A stretch of 32,000 nt of DNA from Candidatus Contendobacter sp. (lineage in GTDB: Bacteria; Pseudomonadota; Gammaproteobacteria; Competibacterales; Competibacteraceae): the NCBI GenBank assembly GCA_029624675.1, contig JARSSP010000061.1, forward strand, positions 29,658 to 61,657. Reading direction: 5' to 3'. Positions within the stretch are counted from its first letter, which is position 1. Every line of letters begins with the position of its first letter. This document shows positions 1 through 6,688 of the stretch, piece by piece. Below the pieces are notes generated by a model, which saw only the letters and a list, made by a program, of their open reading frames with translations, did no database searches and was not told the origin of the DNA. The position numbers were made by a program, and so were the translations under genes.

Positions 1-1169
1 CCGCCAGCATTAACGACAGCGGACAGGTGGCGGGTAGCTGGAAGCCGGGAGGACCGTTCTCGGATACCCGTGGTTTTTTGTACAGCAACGGCACATTCAC
101 GATCCTCGATGTCCCGGGTGCCACTGAGACCATACCCGTGAGCATTAACGCGAGCGGACAGGTGGCGGGTTCTTACGGGGATGGCTCGCATGGCCATGGG
201 TTCGTTTACAGCAACGGCACGTTCACGCCCTTAACCCTACTAGGTTTCGACTACACCGCTGCCACGAGTATCAACGCGAGCGGACAAGTGGTGGGTTATT
301 ACGGGAGTGGCCTAGCGTTTGCTTTTTTGTACAGCGGCGGCACATTCAAAACTCTCGATGTCCCGGCGGGTGGTGACATCCATGCTACCAGCATCAACGA
401 CAGCGGACAGGTGACGATCACTTCCTTCTCCTCCCTAACTCCAAGTTCGTCGACTTATAGCAGTTTCGTGTACAACGACGGCCTAGTCACGACCCTCAAT
501 GTCCCGGGCGCTATTAGCACAAAGGCTACCAGTATCAATGCGAGAGGCCAGGTGACGGGGTCTTACAGGGGTAATTCGTGGTACCGCCATGGTTTCATTG
601 CCACCCCGGTTTGTGCGACCCCCACAGTCACGATTCATACCCTCACAACAGCGCCCAGCGGGTTCAGAATCACCGGTTCGGTCACCCAAGATGGCGCTCC
701 CCTGTGCGCCCTGGTCCTGGCCAACGGCCAGTTCCTGTTCACTTGCGGCGATCCCTTGCCCAAAGGGCAGTTCGACCTGACCGTACCGGTGGATGACCAG
801 GGGCAAATCACGCTGTTTGGGTTCTCGTCGGGCTTGGCGCCGTTCCAGCAAACATTAGGGCCGGGCGCCTTGCCGGCTTCTGTCAATGCAACCCGTTGTG
901 CCACCCCCAAGGTAACGTACACCACTACGGCGGCGCCCGAGGGGAGGTTCAGGCTCACCGGCTCGATCACCCTCGGTGGCAATCCCTTGTGCGCCCTGGT
1001 CCTGGCCAACGGCCAGTTCATGTTTACCTGTGGCGATCCCCTGCCCAAGGGGGATTTCGACCTGACCGTGCCGCCCGACGACCAGGGAAAAATTACCTTG
1101 TTCGGCTTCGCGGCGGGTTTGGCGCCGTTCCAACAAACCTTCTCCCCTTCTCCTTCCACGCTTCCATAA
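1..1169 (+). CDS. 5'-truncated secreted repeat protein: HAF-like extracellular repeats followed by two tandem 95-aa Cys-containing modules
   Basis: The reading frame is open to base 3 (ASINDSGQVAGS precedes the GTG used by the ORF track), so the gene starts upstream of the window. There are five repeats of about 40-45 aa with the pattern SIN[AD]SGQV.G...[GA]F[LV]YSNGTFT.L, which resembles HAF-type extracellular repeats. Two near-identical C-terminal modules follow. The family call is from motif memory only. Confidence 0.75.
   Translation, partial: ASINDSGQVAGSWKPGGPFSDTRGFLYSNGTFTILDVPGATETIPVSINASGQVAGSYGDGSHGHGFVYSNGTFTPLTLLGFDYTAATSINASGQVVGYYGSGLAFAFLYSGGTFKTLDVPAGGDIHATSINDSGQVTITSFSSLTPSSSTYSSFVYNDGLVTTLNVPGAISTKATSINARGQVTGSYRGNSWYRHGFIATPVCATPTVTIHTLTTAPSGFRITGSVTQDGAPLCALVLANGQFLFTCGDPLPKGQFDLTVPVDDQGQITLFGFSSGLAPFQQTLGPGALPASVNATRCATPKVTYTTTAAPEGRFRLTGSITLGGNPLCALVLANGQFMFTCGDPLPKGDFDLTVPPDDQGKITLFGFAAGLAPFQQTFSPSPSTLP
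612..1166 (+). repeat. Tandem in-frame duplication with a 285-bp (95-aa) period inside the repeat protein
   Basis: Module 1 begins at TGT 612 (CATPTVTIHTL...). Module 2 begins at TGT 897 (CATPKVTYTTT...). Long identical runs occur in both, for example LCALVLANGQF.FTCGDPLPKG.FDLTVP and ITLFGF..GLAPFQQT. The second copy is cut short by the stop codon at 1167-1169. Confidence 0.85.
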
Positions 1170-1251
1170 TAATATAAGGGCAATCCACAACCTGTTCGGT
1201 CCGCGCGGGAACGATGCGCGGCCAACAGGAAACCAGAAGGAGAGAAACCCG

Positions 1252-1851
1252 ATGTCCGCGCAATTCCAACCTCGCTGGCTATCCGTGGAAGACTATCTCG
1301 CGTTTGAGGAACGCAGCGAGATCAAGCACGAGTATATCAACGGCGAAATTTACGCCATGGCCGGGGCCAGCGTCCGGCATAATCGAATCGCGGGTAATCT
1401 GTTCGCGCGCCTGCTGGCTCACTTGCGCGGCTCGCCTTGCCAAGTCTTTTTCGCTGATGTCAAGTTGCACCTCAAGGAATTGGGGGCGGATATTTTCTAT
1501 TACCCAGACCTGATGGTCTGCTGCGATCCCAATGATCGTGATCCGTACTACCGCACCCGGCCCTGTCTGCTCGTCGAAGTGCTATCCAGCGGGACCGCCC
1601 GGACTGACCAGCGGGAAAAGCTCTTCGCCTACGCCCGCCTGGACAGCCTGCAAGGCTATCTGCTGCTGGAGCAGGACCGGATCGGCGCCGCCCTGCATTG
1701 GCGGGAAGGCAGCGACTGGCGGCGGGCGGAATTCAGCGATCCGGACGCGGAATTAACCCTGCCCTGCGCGGGTCTGACGATTCGATTGGCGGAACTGTAC
1801 GAAGGAACCGACCTGCCGGAAACGTCGCCGAACGCCGAAGGTTCATCCTGA
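1252..1851 (+). CDS. Uma2 family (DUF820) PD-(D/E)XK-type putative endonuclease
   Basis: The N-terminus has the typical shape (LSVEDYLAFEERSEIKHEYINGEIYAMAGASVRHNRIAGNL), followed by YYPDLMV and LLVEVLSSGT segments characteristic of Uma2/DUF820. An AAGGAGAG ribosome-binding site lies about 8 nt upstream of ATG 1252. Confidence 0.85.
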   Translation: MSAQFQPRWLSVEDYLAFEERSEIKHEYINGEIYAMAGASVRHNRIAGNLFARLLAHLRGSPCQVFFADVKLHLKELGADIFYYPDLMVCCDPNDRDPYYRTRPCLLVEVLSSGTARTDQREKLFAYARLDSLQGYLLLEQDRIGAALHWREGSDWRRAEFSDPDAELTLPCAGLTIRLAELYEGTDLPETSPNAEGSS

Positions 1852-1895
1852 CTACGCTTCGCTCAAAGCCGACGGAGGATTGAAAGCAGGCGACC

Positions 1896-3488
1896 ATGAA
1901 TCAGATGTGGCTCAAGAAAATCCGGGTCGTGGTCTCGCTGATCTTCCTGGTGCTGACCACGCTGCTGTTCGTGGATTTCGAGCGGTTCGGCCCGCCGCTC
2001 GCGCAAGCCGTGCGCTATCCGCAGTTCGTGCCGTCGCTGCTGAACTTCACCCAGACCTTCGCCCTGGCCGCCACCGGGTTTTTGCTGGTGCTGGGGCTGA
2101 CCCTGCTGTTTGGCCGGGTGTACTGCTCGATGATCTGTCCGCTGGGCACGCTGCAAGACATCATCATCCGTATCGCGGACAAGCTGCGCAAGCCGCGCAA
2201 GATCAAATTCAAGCCCCAAAAATCGCACGACGTGCTGCGCTACGGGATACTGGCGCTGACGGTCGGTCTGTTCCTCAGCGGCAGCGCCCTGGCGTTGACC
2301 CTATTGGACCCGTTCAGCAATTTCGGCCGCATCGCCAGCGATCTGTTGCGACCGCTCTACGTCGTCGCCCATAACGGCGCCGGATCGCTGCTCGAAGCTT
2401 TGGGGCTGTACGGACCGTTTCCCTTGACCTGGAAAGCGCCGCCACTGGCCACGCTGGCGTTTCCGACGCTGTTCCTGGCCGGGCTGATTTGGCTGAGCAC
2501 CCGGCATGGCCGGCTGTTCTGCAACACGCTCTGTCCGGTGGGCGCGCTGCTGGGGTTGATCTCGCGCTTCGCCATTTTCAAGATTCGAATTCCCAAGGAC
2601 GCCTGCCTCGTCTGCGCCCAATGTTCGATTCATTGCAAGGCCGGGTGTATCCGGTTGAAGACCAAGGACGTGGATTTCAGCCGCTGCGTGGCCTGTTTCA
2701 ACTGCATCACCGTCTGCGAGGCGCACGGCATCGGCTACGCGCGACCGACGCCGATAAAACTTCACCCCTCGCCCCCTACCCCTTTCTCACCAGGAAAGCA
2801 GGGAGTATCGCGGCGAGCCTTGTTGCGGGGCGCGGCGACGGCGTTGGTGGGCTGGGCGGCGCTGCCTGAGTTAAAGCCGGTGGAAGCCAAGCCTCACAAT
2901 CGCGTTCCGACGGCGCTGGTCAACCACAAGACTTGGCCCGTGGCGCCCCCCGGCGCCGGCGATATTGCACGCTTCAACGATCTTTGCACCGCCTGCCATC
3001 TGTGCGTCGGCGCTTGCCCCTACGGCGTCCTGCAACCGGCGCTGCTGGAGTACGGTCTGTCCGGCTTGCTGCAACCGCGCATGGACTATGCCAGCGGTTA
3101 TTGCAGCTACGAATGCCATCTTTGCGGCCAGGTTTGTCCGACCGGCGCGATCCGGCCGCTGGCCCTGGCCCCCAAGCAGACCGTCCAGATCGGCGTGGCC
3201 CACTTCGTTCGCGACAATTGTATTGTGTACACTGACCACACCGCCTGCGGGGCTTGCGACGAATACTGCCCCACCAAGGCGGTGCACATGATCCCCTACC
3301 AGGATGGCCTGACGATCCCGGAAGTACGGGAAACGCTGTGCGTCGGCTGCGGCGCCTGCGAAAATGCCTGTCCGGCTCGGCCGCACCGGGCTATCTACGT
3401 GGATGGCCATCCGGTCCAGCAGCAGGCCGCGCGGCCCACTTCCAAACCCCTCGAACGGGAGAAGACGCAAGGTGAATTTCCATTTTGA
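1896..3488 (+). CDS. Membrane polyferredoxin, apparent NapH-like / NapG-like fusion (6 predicted [4Fe-4S] motifs)
   Basis: The N-terminal half is hydrophobic and carries two CX3CP motifs (CSMICP, CNTLCP), as in the NapH/MauN/NosR family. Two CxxCxxCxxxC motifs follow (CLVCAQCSIHC, CVACFNCITVC). An internal SRRALLRGAATALVGWAAL segment resembles a twin-arginine signal. Four further cluster motifs follow it (CTACHLCVGACP, CSYECHLCGQVCP, C-x8-CGACDEYCP, CVGCGACENACP). Confidence 0.8.
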   Translation: MNQMWLKKIRVVVSLIFLVLTTLLFVDFERFGPPLAQAVRYPQFVPSLLNFTQTFALAATGFLLVLGLTLLFGRVYCSMICPLGTLQDIIIRIADKLRKPRKIKFKPQKSHDVLRYGILALTVGLFLSGSALALTLLDPFSNFGRIASDLLRPLYVVAHNGAGSLLEALGLYGPFPLTWKAPPLATLAFPTLFLAGLIWLSTRHGRLFCNTLCPVGALLGLISRFAIFKIRIPKDACLVCAQCSIHCKAGCIRLKTKDVDFSRCVACFNCITVCEAHGIGYARPTPIKLHPSPPTPFSPGKQGVSRRALLRGAATALVGWAALPELKPVEAKPHNRVPTALVNHKTWPVAPPGAGDIARFNDLCTACHLCVGACPYGVLQPALLEYGLSGLLQPRMDYASGYCSYECHLCGQVCPTGAIRPLALAPKQTVQIGVAHFVRDNCIVYTDHTACGACDEYCPTKAVHMIPYQDGLTIPEVRETLCVGCGACENACPARPHRAIYVDGHPVQQQAARPTSKPLEREKTQGEFPF

Positions 3489-3521
3489 CCGGCAGCGATT
3501 CGCCATGGGCGCGCGGCGGCG

Positions 3522-4724
3522 ATGAGCATCCTGTACTACGACTGTTTCGCCGGCATCAGCGGCGACATGCACCTGGCGGCGCTGCTCGACCTGGGCGTGG
3601 ACTACGACGAACTGGTTCTCGAACTGACCGGACTCGGCATGGAGGGTTATGGCGTGCAAGCCACGCGGGCCAGCCGCAAGGGCGTGTTCGGCACCCAGGT
3701 CCGAGTGGTGACCGACCCGAACCAGCCCCCGCACCGCGATCTGCGCCAGATCGAGGCGATCATCGGCGCCAGCCTGCTTCGGGAGTCGGTGCAAAGCCGG
3801 GCCATTGCGGTATTCCGCCGGCTGGCCGAGGCCGAGGCGCATATTCACGATACCTCGCCGGATCGCATCCACTTTCACGAAGTGGGCGCGCTGGACGCCA
3901 TCGTGGACATCGTCGGCGGAGTCATCGCCCTGGACCGGCTGAACGTGGATCGCGTGCTGTGTTCGCCGGTGGAACTGGGCGGCGGCATCGCGCGCTGCGA
4001 ACACGGCGTGCTGCCGGCCCCCGCTCCGGCGACCCTGGAATTACTCAAGGGCGTTCCGGTCAAGCTGGGGGGCGTGCCGTTCGAGGCGACCACCCCGACC
4101 GGCGCCGCGTTGCTGGCCACCCTCGTCGATGAATACGTGACGCGCCCCGAACTGATCATCCACCGGGTTGGCCATGGCATCGGCCATCACGACGGTCCCA
4201 TCCCCAACGTGCTGCGGGTGTGCCTGGGCGAGCGGCCGGCGGATGGCGAGGATCGACGGGAACTGTGCGTGCTGGAATGCAACATCGACGACATGAACCC
4301 GGAGTGCTACGACCACGTGCTGGAGCAACTATTCGCGGCGGGAGCGAACGATGCCTGGCTGACGCCGATTCTGATGAAGAAGAACCGGCCGGCCACCGTG
4401 CTGAGCGTACTGTGCGCGCCGGACCTGGAACGGACCCTGACCGACTTGTTGCTGCTCGAAACGACGACCCTGGGCGTGCGCCAGTACCCGGTGACCCGCA
4501 CCGCGCTGGCGCGGGAACTTCTGCATGTGACGACCCGCTACGGCGAGGTCACCGTCAAGCTCGCCCACCACCAGGGACGGCCGTTGCGCGGCAAACCGGA
4601 ATACGAAGACTGCAAACGGCTGGCGCTGGAGCGTCGCGTGCCGATTCACGCGGTCTACGCGGCGGTGCGGGAGGCGCTGTCCAGTTACGAACTGGGGCCG
4701 GAACCGACCCGGTCGCCCCCATGA
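3522..4724 (+). CDS. larC: Nickel-pincer cofactor biosynthesis protein LarC (nickel insertion, DUF111 family)
   Basis: The N-terminus MSILYYDCFAGISGDMHLAALLDLGVD is the hallmark LarC/DUF111 start. The 400-aa single ORF needs no frameshift. Its stop overlaps the larE start (ATGA at 4721-4724). Confidence 0.9.
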   Translation: MSILYYDCFAGISGDMHLAALLDLGVDYDELVLELTGLGMEGYGVQATRASRKGVFGTQVRVVTDPNQPPHRDLRQIEAIIGASLLRESVQSRAIAVFRRLAEAEAHIHDTSPDRIHFHEVGALDAIVDIVGGVIALDRLNVDRVLCSPVELGGGIARCEHGVLPAPAPATLELLKGVPVKLGGVPFEATTPTGAALLATLVDEYVTRPELIIHRVGHGIGHHDGPIPNVLRVCLGERPADGEDRRELCVLECNIDDMNPECYDHVLEQLFAAGANDAWLTPILMKKNRPATVLSVLCAPDLERTLTDLLLLETTTLGVRQYPVTRTALARELLHVTTRYGEVTVKLAHHQGRPLRGKPEYEDCKRLALERRVPIHAVYAAVREALSSYELGPEPTRSPP

Positions 4725-5557
4725 CCGCCGACGCTGCATTGGCCGAGGCCGGCTTTCAACGCCTGCTGGAGTTGCTACGCGGGCTGGGCTCGGTGGCCGT
4801 GGCCTGCTCCGGCGGACTGGACAGCAGCCTGTTGCTGGCGGCGGCCCGGCTGGCGCTGGGCGACCAGGTGCTGGCGCTGACCGTGGCGACGCCCTACATG
4901 GCGACCTACGAAATCGTCCAGGTCGGGGAATTGACCCGGACGTTGGATGTGCGCCATCGGGTGCTGAACCTGCCGATCCCGGCGGCGATCGTCCGTAACC
5001 CGCCCGATCGCTGCTATCGTTGCAAACAAGTCTTGTTCGTCGAACTGAAAGCCATCGCCGCCGAGGAAGGGTTCGCCTACCTGGTGGACGGCAGCAACCG
5101 AGACGACCTCGCCGACTACCGACCGGGGATGCGCGCCTTGCGCGAACTGGAGATTCGCAGCCCGCTGCTGGAAGCCGATCTGGGCAAGACCGAGATTCGT
5201 CGTTACGCCCGCGCCCTGAAGCTACCGGTGTGGGACAAGCCCGCCTCGGCTTGTCTGCTGACGCGATTACCGCACGACACCGAGGTCGATCTTTATTTGC
5301 TACGGCGGGTGGAGGCGTCCGAACAGGCGTTGCGGGCGCTGGGTTTCCGCGCGGTTCGAGTGCGCTGTCACGGCGATCTGGCTCGCATCGAGGTGGATCG
5401 GGCCGAGCATCCCCGCTTGCTGGACCAAGCCGTCGCCGACCAGGTGACGGCGGCGCTGACCGGTTGCGGTTTCCAGTACGTGACCCTGGATTTGCGGGGT
5501 TACCGGATGGGCAGCTTCAACGTGCCGGCCTTGAAACCGGGTTCCGATGCTATTTAG
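4721..5557 (+). CDS. larE: ATP-dependent sulfur transferase LarE (PP-loop ATP pyrophosphatase)
   Basis: PP-loop motif ACSGGLDSS. Also contains RCYRCK and the ASACLLTRLP cysteine segment. I place the start at ATG 4721 (278 aa). The longer ORF in the track from 4220 is an out-of-frame overlap with larC. Confidence 0.9.
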   Translation: MTADAALAEAGFQRLLELLRGLGSVAVACSGGLDSSLLLAAARLALGDQVLALTVATPYMATYEIVQVGELTRTLDVRHRVLNLPIPAAIVRNPPDRCYRCKQVLFVELKAIAAEEGFAYLVDGSNRDDLADYRPGMRALRELEIRSPLLEADLGKTEIRRYARALKLPVWDKPASACLLTRLPHDTEVDLYLLRRVEASEQALRALGFRAVRVRCHGDLARIEVDRAEHPRLLDQAVADQVTAALTGCGFQYVTLDLRGYRMGSFNVPALKPGSDAI

Positions 5558-5757
5558 TCATCGTCAAGGATTGCCGGCGGCGGGGGTGGCGGGGCCGGGA
5601 TGCAGGATTTCTTCTCGTACTGGCGCTGGGCGCTGCAATCGTCATTGAGATAAGAAGGCTGGAGCTGGCCAGGCGGAGGAGATGGATTGTTGGCGCAACC
5701 AGGTCCAACGGACAGAGCCAAGCCAAGAGCGGTGAAGGTCATCAACGTTTTGAACAT
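5554..5757 (-). CDS. Small secreted or lipoprotein-like Pro-rich protein (67 aa), hypothetical
   Basis: N-terminal signal-like segment MFKTLMTFTALGLALSVGPGC, followed by three Cys residues and a PAPPPPPPA run. It is convergent with larE, and the two stop codons overlap (TAA complement at 5554-5556, larE TAG at 5555-5557). I saw no convincing SD sequence and recognised no homolog, so coding status is uncertain. Confidence 0.4.
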   Translation of the reverse strand: MFKTLMTFTALGLALSVGPGCANNPSPPPGQLQPSYLNDDCSAQRQYEKKSCIPAPPPPPPAILDDD

Positions 5758-5821
5758 GGAAGGGAATCTGAGTGGGGTTACCAGCGTTCGGCGGAATGGT
5801 GAGGGACGGGTCCAGCTTAGC

Positions 5822-5844
5822 GCATGACCATGTCATGGTCATGC
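5822..5844. promoter_or_regulatory. Perfect 23-bp palindrome (candidate operator) in the divergent region upstream of larB
   Basis: GCATGACCATG-T-CATGGTCATGC has 11-bp perfect arms. It is flanked by direct CAGCTTA copies at 5813-5819 and 5844-5850. Further TCATG-containing motifs occur downstream, up to the larB start. Confidence 0.4.
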
Positions 5845-5929
5845 AGCTTACCGAAGCGTCGCTCATGACGCCAACCCCAATGATCGGTTGGCTTGGCCAT
5901 CGTTGCATCCGGTCATGGAGCAAAGAGTC

Positions 5930-6676
5930 ATGAACGAGGCGTCCTTGCGGGCGTTGCTGGAACAAGTCCGCTCCGGTGAACTGGCGGTCGAGGGAGCTGT
6001 GGACCGCTTGCGGGAACTGCCGTTCCGCGATCTGGGCGAGGCGGTGCTCGACAGCCACCGCGAATTGCGGCGCGGTCATCCCGAGGTGATCTATTGCGCC
6101 GGCAAGACCGTGGCCCAGGTCAAGACCATCGTCGCCGCCCTGCTGGAAGGTGACGGCGACATCCTCGCCACCCGCGCGACCGTGGAGATGTACGAAGCCG
6201 TGGCGCAACTCTGGCCAGCGGCCCGCTACAACCCGTTGGGGCGCGTCATCGTCATTCAGCGTCGCATCCGCCCCCTGACCGAAGCCTACATCGCCATCGT
6301 GACCGCCGGGACGTCCGATCAAGCGGTGGCGGAAGAGGCTGCCGAAACCGCGCTGCTGTTCGGCAACCGGATCGAACGGATCAATGACGTGGGCGTGGCC
6401 GGGCTGCATCGCCTGCTGGCTCGGCTGGACGTGATCCGCGCGGCGCGGGTTTGCATCGTGATCGCCGGCATGGAAGGAGCGCTGGCCAGCGTGGTGGCCG
6501 GCCTAGTGGCCCGCCCCGTGATCGCCGTGCCGACCAGCGTCGGTTACGGGGCCAATTTCGGCGGCCTGTCGGCATTACTGGGAATGCTAACTTCGTGCGC
6601 CGGTGGGGTGGGTGTGGTGAACATCGATAACGGTTTCGGCGCGGCCTGTCTGGCCAGCATGATTAACCAGCCTTAA
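5930..6676 (+). CDS. larB: Nickel-pincer cofactor biosynthesis protein LarB (PurE-like NaAD carboxylase/hydrolase)
   Basis: PurE/AIR-carboxylase-like core: IAIVTAGTSDQAVAEEA..., VIAGMEGALASVVAGLV..PVIAVPTSVGYG, GVGVVNIDNGFGAA. I prefer ATG 5930 because GGAG lies 9 nt upstream. ATG 5915 and TTG 5888 are in-frame alternatives. Confidence 0.87.
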   Translation: MNEASLRALLEQVRSGELAVEGAVDRLRELPFRDLGEAVLDSHRELRRGHPEVIYCAGKTVAQVKTIVAALLEGDGDILATRATVEMYEAVAQLWPAARYNPLGRVIVIQRRIRPLTEAYIAIVTAGTSDQAVAEEAAETALLFGNRIERINDVGVAGLHRLLARLDVIRAARVCIVIAGMEGALASVVAGLVARPVIAVPTSVGYGANFGGLSALLGMLTSCAGGVGVVNIDNGFGAACLASMINQP

Positions 6677-6688
6677 CGAGAGCGAGCA

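Noticed and set aside
612-1166. Whether the two 285-bp modules could be a diversity-generating retroelement template/variable repeat pair
   Set aside because: The differences between the copies are not restricted to adenine positions. No reverse transcriptase or accessory gene is nearby. Both copies are in-frame parts of one ORF.
1170-1251. Short hairpin CCGCGC-N9-GCGCGG after the repeat-protein gene, as an intrinsic terminator
   Set aside because: The stem is only 6 bp and no T-tract follows, so I cannot support a terminator call.
2871-4004. 377-aa minus-strand ORF overlapping the polyferredoxin and larC genes
   Set aside because: It is antisense to two well-supported genes and crosses their intergenic gap. 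It has no motifs and a biased Ala/Arg/Gly/Val composition.
4220-4720. Upstream extensions of true genes offered by the ORF track: larE from 4220, thrH from 23771, ispG from 26880, yraN from 18404, moxR to 18395, larB from 5888
   Set aside because: The extensions overlap the preceding gene out of frame, or add Arg/Pro/Ala-rich non-conserved sequence. Internal starts with an RBS, and N-termini matching the family consensus, are preferred.
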